The notes beneath the pieces are model-generated. The model searched no databases. It worked only from the letters and a program-made list of their open reading frames with translations, and was not told the DNA's origin. A stretch of DNA of 64,000 bases from Lama glama (taxonomy: Eukaryota). How positions within the stretch are numbered: the first letter of the stretch is position 1; every line of letters starts with the position of its first letter. A program made the position numbers and the translations under genes. The stretch is taken from positions 10,604,001 through 10,668,000 of the forward strand of contig CM052832.1 of NCBI GenBank assembly GCA_028534125.1. Direction: 5' to 3'. Of this stretch, positions 11,642-24,392 are shown piece after piece.

Positions 11642-14600
11642 TTCCTAAGATGGAGAACAAGGCAAGGATGTCCACTCTCACTGCTTTAATTCAATGATGT
11701 ACTGGACATGGCGGCCAATGCAATAGTATAAGAAAGGCATAGAGATGAAAAAGGAAAACATAAAATTGTATTTGTAGATAAGCTGATTGTTTACATAGAA
11801 AACACCAAGGAATTAGGGCTTCTGCAACAAAACAATTACTAGAACTAATAAGTAAATTTGGGAAGATCATAGGATATAAGGTCAAATTCTAAAAGCAATG
11901 GATTTCTATCTACCAGTAACAAAATCTTAAAATTCTACTTGCAATAGCAACAAATCATAGAATACTTAGGAATAAATTTAAGAAAATAAATGCAAGACTG
12001 AAGACTACAAAACATATTGAAAGAAGTTGAAAGAAAGTAAAGAAGTTCTAAATAACTGGAGTGATATCCCATATTCATGAATTGGAAGATTCAAAACTGG
12101 TATGATGACAAGTCTCTCCAAAGTAGGTTCTCCACTTCGATTCACTGCAATCACAATCATAATCCCAACAGACTTTTTTTTTTAAAAGAAATTGACAGGC
12201 TAATTTTGAATTTTATGTGGAAATGCAAAGGACTTCGAATATCCAAAGCGACCCTTTAAAAAAAGAACAAAATTGGAGGGCTTATGCACTTTCCTCCAAG
12301 ACTTATTATAAAAGCTACATTAATCCAAGTCATATGGACTGGCTTAAGAATCCCCAAATAGATCAGTGGGACAGAATAGAGAGTCTGGAAATAGACTCAT
12401 ATATTTACAGACATTTGATTTTCACCAGAGGCACCAAATCACTGTAATTGGGAAAAGGAAAGTCCTTTCAGCAAATGGTGCTGAAAGGACTGGATATTAA
12501 CATGGAGAAGTGAATGTAGGCCCTTGCCTTACACATACACAAAAATTAATTTGATGTGGATCATAAATTCTAGAAGCTTCTAGAAGAAACTGGGAAAATA
12601 TCTTTGGGACTTGGGGGTAGCAAGGGTTTCCTAGGCAGGATTAAGGAAGACAATAACCATAAAAGAAAACATGTTTAAATCAGGCTTCATAAAAATTAAA
12701 AACTTCTGCTCATCAAAAAGCACTATTGAGAAAACAAAGGCAAGCCACAGATTGAGGGAAATATTTGCAAAACATATATCTGACAAAGGACTAGTGTCCA
12801 GAATATATACATCACTCCTGCAACTCAATAATAAAAAGACAAACAATTCAATAAAAATGGGCAACGATTTGAACAGACATATCACAAGGGAAAATAAATG
12901 AATGGCCAATAATCATATGAAAAAAGATGCTCAACATCATTAGCCATCAGGGAAATGTAAATTAGGACCACGCGAATATACTACTGCACACCCATTTGAA
13001 TGGCTAAAATGAACATGACTGACAGCACCACTGTTGAGGATGTGGAACTGGAACAAGAATTCTTGTATACTACTGATCGGAATGTACAGTTACTTTGGAA
13101 AGTGTTGACAGTTTTTCATAAAACTAAACATACATCTAACTTACAACTTAGTAATTTCATTCCTAGATATCTACCCAAGTGAAATGAAAGCATACATTCA
13201 TGAGAAGTATTGTATATAATGTTCATATCAACTTTGTTAATAATTTCCCCAAACTGAAAACAGTCTAGGTGTCCATCAGCAGGAGATGGGCAATCAAAGC
13301 CTGATATCGTCATTCAATGAACTACTACTCAGCCATCAAAAGGAATAATTTACTGACTCACACAGCATTGATGAAGCTTAAAAACATACTATGAAGGAAG
13401 CCTTATGCAAGAGAGTGTGTAATGCTCCCATATATAATCCTAGAACTGGCAAGCAGAAAAACGAAAAATCAGAACTGTGCCTACCTTTTGCAGGGAATGA
13501 GGGTGGTACAGAGATTGACTGGAAGAGACATAAGGGGACTTTCTGGAGTGATGGCAATGTTCTAGAGGTTTGGGTTATACAGACGTGTGCATTTGTCAAA
13601 ACTCACCAAGTGATATATTTAAGATTCACTATATGCAAATTTCACTTAAGAAAAGAACTATAAACAAATTTTAAACTCTGGTTACCAATATGTATACTAA
13701 AGTATTTAAAGGTGAATTGCACTGATGTGTATAATATGCTTTGAAATGCATTAAACTAAGGTTTATTAATGAATGGATAGATAATAGACATACGACAAAA
13801 CAAATACTCTAAAATGCTGATTGTAGAAAATAGGTAATTAGTGTGTAGTGTTCATTGAAAAAAAATATTTTTTCTTTTCAGTCCACTTGAAATTTTTCAT
13901 TAAATGTTGGGAAAACATAAGGAAAATATTGTTGGAAAGTATTTTTAGACACCTCAAAGTTTATAGGAAATATTTTTCCTTATATTGATATACACCAGCA
14001 TGCTTAGATTTTAAGCAACAGATTTGCAGTAAAAGGCTGCCCCAAAGAACAGAGATGGCATGCATTAATTAAAGGACTCTCATATAAGCATATAACCTCA
14101 AGGCCAATCTTTTCAGTTTTTAGTATGATGTTCTGCCTTCATCAAAGTCATTAGTAGGACTGAGATGTGATTATGTCCTCTCACGTCTGTTTGCATTTCG
14201 CAGCTGCTAGTCAGGCTCAGTCAACACTTTCACGTGCTGATAATTGTAATCAACCCATTTGTTCATTTAAGACAAACAAATGATTACTCTTTGGGGGAAG
14301 AAATACCTTCAGTACTAATTTGCTGATTATTAGCTCTTATGAGCATTAGCCAGTTATTTTGTTTTTCTTCCCAAACATATAGAACCTTCGAGCTTTTGTT
14401 TTTTCCTTTTCCTGGAAGATTGGTCTGGATTTCTTCTACTCCCCACCTGGTTTGTAAATGCCCAATTAAAAGAAATACGTAGTGAATATTTCACACACAC
14501 ATACACACAAGCATGATAATGGGAAGAGGGGAGACATTTTACTTTAGTGCAAATATAGTTTAAGTTACATTGCAAAGCCTTTAAACACACATGAAAATAA

Positions 14601-15424
14601 AAGTCACAATACATATGCCACAGCCATGCCAAGTAGTGAAGGGGACACCCAATCACATTTGAGGAGTTGACACATCTGTTCAGCTGATCCCAAGCCCTTG
14701 TCCTCAGGAGCTCTGTCCCTCCATGGGAAGTCCAGGTTTGAAGACACATATACTTCAGCAACTTTGGAATTGGAATGGGACCCCTTAGTCAAGGATGTCT
14801 GTGCATCTTACCTGAAGTGGAATAAAGACTAGCGGAAACTCATTGGAACCTCTCCTCTCTGCAGACCTCCTGGCAGAGGTGAGCTCTGAGATTAGCTGAG
14901 AACAGCAGAAAAACCAACAAAGGGAAAGAGAGAGTGTTCCAGGAGCTGTGGGTGAACAAGGGTGGAGGGAGAAGACACATCATGCAACGGGTGAGAAGGC
15001 TTATCTTTCCACACCAGCTCACTGAAGCTCCCAACCCCATGACATCCTTCTTCACAGCCAGGTCTTCACTTTGAGGTCCTCTGGGTGAGCAGGGGCAACT
15101 TTCATAAAGCTATGGTCAATGCCACAGGTGCCAGCCCCTTGGTCAGAGGGTCTGCTTCCCTGGAAAACAGCTAACTCCCCCTCCTTTCCATCACATCTCT
15201 CTCGTGGGTGCCCTGCAAGCCAGCATTGCTTGGTTTCAGTGTTTGTACTCGCTGTGGCCATGGGGATAGTATCTATTCGTCCATTTCTCTAATAGGTTCC
15301 CCTTAATCCTTTATGCTGGGATAAATGCTAAACAAGAAACTTAATCCAGAGAGATGTTGAGAGCAAGAAGGAAGATGGGAACCAGGAGCCAGGGACCCGT
15401 AACAGGTGGTACCGGGAAGTTCTC

Positions 15425-15547
15425 TAGAGTGATCAGCTGATTCTGGTTTGCCTACAACCGTGCCAGTTTTAGCCCTGAAAATGCCACATCCCAGGAACCT
15501 GCCCCCCCATCTCAGTCCCAGGCAAATTGGAATAACTGGTTACCCTA
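15425..15547. mobile_element. hAT-Blackjack MITE (MER81/MER94-like)
   Basis: TIRs tagagtgatca / tggttacccta; degenerate 8-bp TSD aagttctc / cagctctc. Confidence 0.7.
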
Positions 15548-18500
15548 CAGCTCTCCTGGGTCCTCCAGAGGGCTAGGACATTGCTGACCCCCTACTTCTG
15601 GGTTAAGGCAGACAGGCCCCCAGCCTGGGGGATCCCAGGGGAAGCAGGGGTGGTAGAGCTGATGTTCTCACCTGGGGGTAGGGCATGGAGCCTGTCTGAA
15701 GGATCCAGAAATCTCCAGATAAGAACTGCTTACTCCCCTCCCTCCCCCAACCCCAGGCTGTTCTGGAGACTGAGGGAGAGATGGTCACTGTCCCCTCTAC
15801 TAGCCCTTCAGCAGAGGAATCTGAGAAGCCACAGGGCCACCCTAGCCTAGGTCACTCAGTGTTCTGAGCAGTTGTTCAGAGAAGGGGACTGCCATGCTGG
15901 CCCTCCTCAAAGAGTGGCCCTAACTTACTTGGCAGCCAGCTTCATAGCTCCTCAGAGTCCCTGGCAGCAGTGCGACAGTCATGTTGGCTCCACGCTGGGC
16001 CCGACTCCCTGGCTTCTCCTCTGACCACTGCAGCAGCCTGGATCAGAGCTTCAAGGCACAGCCAACTTGGTGGCTGGGGTACGGGAGAGGGGCTGCACAC
16101 TCACTGGCAGGCGTGGTCACAGGGGCCCTCTACTTGGCAGGCTGGCTGGGTGGGGCCCCCAGCCCTTTCCATGACGGCTTCCATCACTGCATCCACACGC
16201 CCCCAGACATTCACCATATTTCTTTGTGCAGGACGGTGGGTGGCCTTGAGCCAGTGTCCCAGGCTTTCCTTGTGCCAGCAACACCATCTGGAAAATGGAT
16301 TTGTAACCTAATAATAAAGGACTCAAAAAATGAACTCACTGCGGGGCACGTTGGGCTTCGGGAGTTGGGATGTTAAGCTGGATAAGAGGCCCGGGGAGAC
16401 TGTTGGTTGACTGTTCTGGGTGGGTTAACAAATTGCTACATTTGGTTGTAAGTGTTTGCTCAACTTACATCCCGGTAATGGGGCACCCAGAATGTGCAGC
16501 CAGTCTGGGCCAGGCGTGAGAATGGCAGGGAAGTGGAATTTATCTTAGGCAATCAACATGGAAATTCCCAGGAAGGAGAATGGATCTAAAATCAAGAGGT
16601 AAGGATTGAGGTTTTGTCAAGCAACTAGTGCCCAGCATGACCCTCTATAAAAGGACGTTGTTATTGTTACTCTAGAGAGAGTCTGAGAGGCGGAGATTGA
16701 CATGAGAGTCACGGGGCTGGGAGGAAAGGGACTGGCAGAAATGGCCACAAAGGCAGAGACCACGAGGAGTTGTAGGCAAACATGTTCATGGTCCTGCCAA
16801 GGGAGTGTTAGAGGGCGTGACAGCTAAAGCTTTCCATGATCCTCCTCGGGATTCAGTTGCTAGGAAGAGAGGAAAAGAAGTCCCAGTTTACGGATGACCA
16901 TGTCAGTTAAGCTTGGAGCTGGGATTTACTTATAGTCAGCAGCACCCCAAACTCCAAAGACCATGTGCTTTCTCTCTGCTCCTACTGCATCACCCCTCTA
17001 GTCTTCTTAAGCACTGAGGGGAGCAAGCTGTTAACTTGGGAACTCCTTGAGGGGAGGGCTTGTGCTGATCCCATCAGACAGGAAGCTCTGAGATGACGAA
17101 CGTCAGCTGCTCCATCAAACTTGGAATCCCTGAGGCCAGGAAAGAGGTCTGCCCTAGGACTGGGAATTCTCTGCTCATGACAGTTTGTCACATGTTGGGT
17201 AGAAGGCAGGGCTGGTCTGGCCCTGCCATGAAAGCCACCCCTGAGCTGGGCTCAGGCTATTTGAAGACTCTTTGTGGAGGGATGATGGAGACTGTCTTAA
17301 GGTCCTGGCCAAGTGGAGGGACTCAACAACATCCCAAGGGGAGGGGCAGGTGTGACAGGCAGGGAACCTGGTGTCAGGTCACAGCCTGCTGCTGGTACTC
17401 CCCTCAGGGCTGTCTCCTGCATCTTGCACCCAATGCTGGCTGCTGGCTTATCCGGGAGCAGGCCTGGATGCGGGAGGAGCCGGCCCCCATACAGCTCCAC
17501 GAGGACTACAAATAAGTGTGTCGTGCTCCCTGCTAATGCCTGAGTTATTGCTTTCCCTTCTCCTCAAATGAAAGGAGCATTTTATTGGCTCAGGTTTAGG
17601 AACAAAGCATAAAAAGTGGCTTGTTTTTATTTTCTGACATCTCGAAGCTAAGGCTGGAGAGAGCAGTGCAGGGGAAGAATGAGGGGGGATTGAGGCAAGA
17701 AGTGGAGGTTGGGGAGCGGTCAGGCAGAAGGAGGAAATGATGGGGTAGAAGGGCGAATGAGCATGTGCCACAGGAGGCTGCGGAGGAGGGCAGAGGAAGA
17801 TGGTGGCCGAGGAGGGAGGAGGAAGGAACTGTTGCTACTCGGTGAGACACTGTGTCCGTTGCCCTAGTGCTGCCTGCGGCGGGGAGGCTCCAGGAGCCCA
17901 AGGCGGCAGTCACTTGCAATTGGAACAGTTTGGACTCCCTGGAGATGCTGTCCGGCTCAGATGTCAGGGCTGCAGAGTGTGGCTTGAAGGCCAAGAGATG
18001 GGGAGGAGTTTTCTTGGATTATTCTGGCTCCAGGCCACCACCCAGGTTCCTGCGTGTTATTTTTTAATCCCTGAATCTAGGACTTGAGGTCTTCCAGGCA
18101 CTGGACTCCATGATTCCCTCACTTTGTAAAGCAGGAAGAAGCGCTCTTAATTTTGGGTGCCTTGGGCTAGCGCTGCTCCTTCCGTGCGCTCCTAGTGCCA
18201 CTTGACGTTGGGAGTGGAGCTGGTGTGCCACAGAGGAGACAAGACTCCACCTGACCCCGGGTGCTGACCCCCAGACCCAGCGTGCCCTCTCAGTGCTCCC
18301 TGCCTTTGTCCCTCCGCTCGTTCTGCCAATTACCATGTCGTGCCACCACAGCATGTCAAATGCTGGTCACCCTTTATGTTTCGACGCAAACTTTGCTTCC
18401 TTTCTGGAGTGTGTCCTTCCACCCCTAGTCTATGTTCCCACCTCACTCTGTATTTTTGTTATTGTTTGTGTCACACTATATTTTGATGATCAGTTAATGT

Positions 18501-21499
18501 CATGTGTGAAGCATTAACTGGGAGGTCTTTGGGAGCAAGAACAGAGTCTTACTTACCTTTGTATATTAAGTACTGGGTCAGAAACGCAGTTAAGCATCCA
18601 CTAGTGCTCTGGGAAGGAGAGAAGGAAGGAACTGCAGAAAGGCTGTGCAATGCAGTGGATGATACATGGCCCTGGGGTTGAGACAGCCAAAGATGCATAT
18701 CTCTTCTCTGTTACTTTCAAGCTATGTGGCCTTGAGCGATTATTTTTCAAGGTTGCCATAAGGATAGAAGTAACATGTGTAAATTACTTAGCACACAGTC
18801 TGGCCCATAGTAGGTGTTCAATAAATAGTGTTGATTATATGCCAGTCCTCCTGAGGGCCAGGCTTGACCCTCACCTACATCCCTACACCTCCCCCTTCTC
18901 CTGCCATCAGTTTTTTTTCCAAAGAATCTCTGGGCTGTTTTTTCCAGGAGGCAGACGTGGATGTTTTTCATGGGAGGAAACAGCCTTCTTGCATCTTTGC
19001 CAGAGCTGTCAGCATGTCTGCCACAGGACTGTTGATAGGAGGTGCAAATGTATTTCCCAATTTGGGATGATGGTGCTTGGAATGCCTGGCACTGGGCTAT
19101 ATTTAGCTCTGAATTCCCCCAAATAGCAACAGGGAGGAAGAGCCTCCCAGCCAAACATCTCATCCAGCTGGAAAATACAGCAGTCACCATGATTATTTTT
19201 ATTATTGCTATTATTATTTGTTGACTAAATGAATTAATGGGATTTGGGTGTCCACTGGCATCTAGAATGAGGAGATTTTAAAATACCAGGGCTCAGAGCC
19301 CTCTGAATACCGTATAGCAAAACATAATCCATCTTACAAATAAGGAAACTGAGACTGAAAGAGGAAATTCGACTTGTACATCCGACATTAGAACCTAGAC
19401 TCGAACCCATGTCTTTGGTCTCTAGATTTGATGCTCTTTGTTCTTAAATTCTGAGAGACTTTGAGCAAGGGTGTTGAGCTCTTTTTAACCAAGAAGTCAG
19501 TCATTCTCTGGTTCATCCCTATGTCTGCCTCTGCCTTTCAAGGCCTCTCTCAGTGCTGTGGAGGCCACGTGGAAACACTAGGCTAGGAGTCAGAAGGCCT
19601 GCATTTTAGTCCCAATTCTGCCCAAAACTAACTATGTGGCTTAGGTAGGTTATTTCCCTTCTCAGGGATTCAATTTCCTCATTCATTGCCCATTGTTCAC
19701 TGATCCTTCTATCTGTCCATCCATCTATCCACCCATCCATCCATCCATCTACCAAGTGACCATAGAAATTATACGTGCTCAGCTGGGGAAGCACTAGCAT
19801 CCTCTCTGCCTTCCAGGGCTTACCTACAGCCCCCACTGGTAGGTAGTGGAGAGCTACCTGACATGCCCACAGACGAGAGTTATGAAGAGCTGGCCATATC
19901 AGGGAAGAGCAGCAGAGGCATGGAGAACCCAAAGTAATAAATATCCTATTGACCCTTTCTTTCTGGTCTTGAGAGGTAATGAGACATGGCCAGTGGGCTC
20001 CTGCTTGCATGGCATGCTTACGCGCGCACACACACACACACACACATTCACTCCTGCCTGTCTCCAGCTCTACTCAATGAGCCCCTCAAAAGTGATTCTG
20101 GGAAGATCTGGGCAAGGAAAGGCCAGGGTCACAGCTAACCTGGAGCAGGTGTGCTGCAGATCACAGAAAGCTGAGGGTGCAGGGACCTGGGGAGGGTGTT
20201 CATTGTCACTCAGGTGTCACATCCCAGGAAGGCAGAGACTGTACCTTAACACAGCTTGGAAGCTCCCAGAGTATCAGGCACAGCACAGGGCACATCACTG
20301 TGTGTTGATGATTGAATGGATACCACTGGTGACCTTGGGTAAGCCAATTTCCTTCTTGGGCCTCAGTTTCCACATCAGTAAAATGGACAAAGGGCATTAG
20401 AATAGATGCCATTTGAGGTCATTTCCAACCTTAAGAATCTGTTATTTCATAAATGAATGATCTTCAAAGACCTTCCCTCTAACTTTAATCTCATTTTGTT
20501 TCTTATATTCTATCCTCATATTCCAGAATTTGATGTTCCAACCATCCCATCCTTCATCCCTGCTCCTTCATCATCCCTCCATCATGGTCTCTATCCCAGT
20601 TCCCTAACCCTCTAATTGTGCTAAATCTAGTCCTCTTCTCATCTCCTGGAATCTGTTAGTCAGACAAGAGCCCTCGACTATGGCTGGGGGCGATGCTGTG
20701 GCCATTCCCTCTGTGCTGTGTGCACATAGACACCTAGACCCATCTGCAAAATGCAATGAACCGAGGGTCCCAAGGGGAATTCTAGCTCTTGTCCGAGTTA
20801 ATAGGAGAGGGGATAAGAAGAAAAGGCCTGAATTTCAATCACAATGTGATTATTGGCCTTTTGAAGTTTTGCTGAGTTTTTTTTTTTTTTAACCTGGTTG
20901 GCTTGATATCACTAACCAAATGCTTGTCTCACAAATCGGCTTTGGCTGCAATTCAAATTTAATTACATTCTGGCTAAGTAAAAGCAAGAGAGAAAGAGAG
21001 AGAGGAGGAAAAATATAGCTTATGTTTACAGAGCAGACAACTCTATCCTAAATCTTCAAGTCTCCCCAAGTGCAGCAGTCAGTGGGAGCCAGACACAGAT
21101 GGGTCAGGCCTGAGATAGATGTGAAGCAGTAACAAGCTTCTTGTAATCTGAAGCTAGTGAACTCTGCATGCCAAGGCTGGGACAAAATTGGGAGCAGAGT
21201 TGGCTTGGGTGCTCCAGCTACCTGGTTCTGTACCTGAGAGTATCTCTTTATTCTCCAGTTAGGTACCTTCTAAGGCACTCAGGCTCCCCTGCTTTGTCCC
21301 TTACCATATTCTCCTATCAGAAAACTCATTCATACTAAAGTGTAAATGACTGATGATAGCTTGCCTTCTCCCTGCTTAGAGTTGTATTTTACTAAGAATA
21401 AAACAAGGACAGACAGAAAACTACATATGCCAGCACCTAAAAATCAAGTGAAAAAGCTTAACCAGCAAATGAACAAGTGTGTGTGTTAAGTTGCCATGA

Positions 21500-22560
21500 G
21501 ACTAGATGTCAGGTAAGTACAGATCCATAACCTATGGAATACTAGTAGAGGAAGGTAGAAGGACGGTGAGGTGTGGAGTCAAGGGTGACTCAAGTTCTTT
21601 GCTATAGAAAATAAGAGGAAGAAAGCCACCTTTGGGGGAAAAGGTGATAATTTTTATGGAGGATAGGATAAGTTTAAGGTGCTTGTGGGCATCCACTGAA
21701 GGTGTTCATTAAGGACTTCAGATATTCGTGTCTGGTTCAGAGCAGAGGGCTGTGCTGGGCCATACATTTGGGAGCAATTAGCTCAGGAGGGAAGCCCAGG
21801 AGCATGGGTGGGTTTCCCCAGGGAGAATGCATAGAGGGAGAAGTAGAGAGGGTCAGAGAAAGGATCCCTGGGGAACACAAAAATCTTCAAGGAGTCTCAA
21901 GAGACTGAGAAGATGTGATCCAAGAGGGAGGAGAAAAGGCACTGTGGTCACAAATATGAAGGAAGAAGAATGATTTTTTTAAGCTACTCAAGCATGTGAA
22001 GTGGTAAGGAGAAACTAAGAAAAGGGTTGTAAGGGAGAGGTCCACTGGACATGACAATTAGGAGGTCATTGGAGTCCTAAACAAAGCTGGTTTCAGTGAC
22101 GTGATTTAGCTAAAATCCAGAATACAGTGAGCTGAGGGGTGAATGGGGTAAGAGAAATATAGGTTACTTTTTAAAGAAAATTTGGCTTTTAAAGGAAGGT
22201 GAGAGAGGAGATGATTAGTTAGAAGGGGGCTTTATAAAACGGCAGAAACTTGAAACTTCTGCACTGAGAGGTAAGAGTCAGTAGAAGGGAGAGGTAAATG
22301 GGGAGAGAGTGCTTTATTGATGTGAAAATTTCCTCACAGAGATAGAAGGAGAAAGGTTCTATGTCATAGATAGAAGGGTTTTCATTGGGCAGAAGAACAC
22401 TTCCTCCTTCACAAGAGAAAGAAAGAAGAAACTGATAATTCTGAGAGCAGATGGATTCTTAATGAGGTTGAAGGGATCCACGCCTAAAAGCCTGATTATT
22501 CATTGCTAACAGGGAAGGCTTGTCATCCACTGAGAGAAAACTGGGAAAGTATAAAGAAAA
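21500..22560 (-). mobile_element. L2 LINE fragment
   Basis: Antisense L2 motifs: aagtttaaggtgcttgtgggcatcca, gggctgtgctgggccatacatttgggag, ggaggtcattggag...gtttcagtg. Confidence 0.7.
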
Positions 22561-23918
22561 GCTGAGGAAAGTTAGGACGGCTACCACAGAGAGTGGTAAA
22601 AGGAGATTACCCAAGCCCAAGCCCCAAGGAGGGGAAGGAGCTAGACTGAGGCATAAGATCCAAACTCTAGTCCAAGTTCAATATGCACATTTTCTCCCCG
22701 GGGCTCAGCAGCAGATGGATAGGGGAAGATGGTTGGATGGGCCAAAGATGAAGGATTTCAGAACGCATGTGGCAGACTAACAGGGAGAGGAGGATGCTGG
22801 AGGTTCTGGAAAGAGGTGGTAGATATGATGCTTGTAAAGCCATGCTGTGTGTGTGTGTGTGTGTGCACGTGTGTGTAGTGCAATGTTATAAAGACTGGTG
22901 AAGGAAATAACATTTGTATTTGTGGAATTGTTTGTAGTTTCCCCCCATGTAGACTGTCCACAGTGCATCCTTAATTAACCTAGGCTGGCTACCTCCTGAC
23001 TTTTCTCCCTACCTTCTCTTTCTCCCTCTTGCCTCATTCATCAGGGCTCAACATGATTACAAAGGTACACCTGCAACCCCTTCCCTCCCTGCAAAATGGC
23101 TTTGGATTACCTCTACACTCGAAATAGAAATTATTTTGTAATACATGCTATTTGGAATTCTATGTTTCCTCTTCTCTTCCATTGACAGAAATAATCAAAG
23201 CCAAGTTATATTTGATCTTCTTAAATAGCAGGTATAATCATGCCAATGGAGCACTTACATCTGCCCTCTGGGTTTCACATCTCCCCCCATACCACGAGGG
23301 AGGTGATATAAATGGTTACAAAGCTCCTGCTTAGCTCTGATGATGTTCTGAACCCCTAACCTCCAGCAGTCTAGTCTAGCTCAATTCAGGCCAACCCAGC
23401 TTCCAGCACCAAGACCAGCATTCGGCAGCACCAGTGGCTGTGTGGAAAAGGCATACAACAGCCTGCCAGATGCAAATCTTGTTTTAACCTTTTTGGTTCC
23501 AAAGTCTCAGGAGAACTGTGTAATTAACCTGGGTCAAGGCTGCAGATTCCTGCTGCCCATAGCTGGCCAGGGAGGCAGAATGGTGTGAAATGATGACAGA
23601 CAAAGTAGAGTGGTGAATCATAATGATATTTAGGGACTTCAGGCTTGTCTGTACTCATTCGTTCTTTCCCTACCATCTTTACTCCACTTCCCAACCAGTA
23701 ACACCAATTCCTGGTGGAGCATTCCCAGTGATACATGGCTGCCAGGGGTTGCAGGAGGGGATTCCAGAAGGGAATGGGAGCTGGACGAAGAGTTGGAGAC
23801 ATTTGTGGTTCCAGCCCAGCTCTACCAGGTGTGACCCTGTGCAGGTCATCTCCCTCTCTGGCAATTAATTTACTCACAAGATGGTTGAGCCAGGTGACCT
23901 CTAATATTCCAAGCTGAT

Positions 23919-24392
23919 TGTCTTAGCCTGGCTTCCCCTAGAAGCAGACACTGAGTCTAGAATTCAAGTGCAAGTAGTTTATTTGGGAGGTGAGCCCAGG
24001 AAGTACCAGTAGCAGAATCAGGAAGTAAGACAGGGAAAGTAGCCAACATAAGGTCTGTATGAGCAGTTTACCACCGTGGACAACTGGGGTCCAATCCTAC
24101 TGGAAACTTTGGGAAGATGATGTAGGATATATATTTCAGAATTGTCCCTCATGAGGGGTGACAAGGTAATTAATCACGAAATTCCAATTTGTCATTGATT
24201 GGACGCTTCTCTCCGAGTGTTAACTTCCTAGCATTTACAGCCTTCTCTTTGGGGCAGGGGCAAGCATGTTCTCACTGTAGACAAAGTCCCCAGGCAGGGA
24301 GACGCAGGTGCTTGCAGTAAGAGACTCTCAGCAGACAGAACCAGTGAGTGCTCAGAGGATATGGGCAGGGTCCTGACGGCATTTGCCATGCA
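23919..24392 (-). mobile_element. ERVL solo LTR, LTR33-like
   Basis: tgtcttagcctggcttcccctagaagcagac...caagtgcaagtagtttatttgggaggtga ... ggatatgggcagggtcctgacggcatttgccatgca, with TG...CA termini. Confidence 0.75.

Larger units (their letters stand above)
8930..13917 (+). mobile_element. 5'-truncated, decayed L1 (L1M-type): ORF2 remnant plus 3'UTR, interrupted by two LTR insertions
   Basis: A-rich strand. Fragmentary ORF2-like peptides in the ORF track (8954-9232 'DLLGIYRMLHPTT...KTDHVLGQKPSLN'; 12217-12447 'KTYYK...IDQWDRIESLEID'; 12671-12901 'IKIKNFCSSK...IFAKHISDKGLVSRIY'). 3' end reads aaatttttcattaaatgttgggaaaa. Confidence 0.93.

Noticed and set aside
8954..12901. L1 ORF2-like peptides as a functional CDS
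   Set aside because: Broken by many stops, frameshifts and LTR insertions; a dead element.
23402..23422. RE1-like TCCAGCACCAAGACCAGCATT
   Set aside because: The GGACAG half-site is missing.
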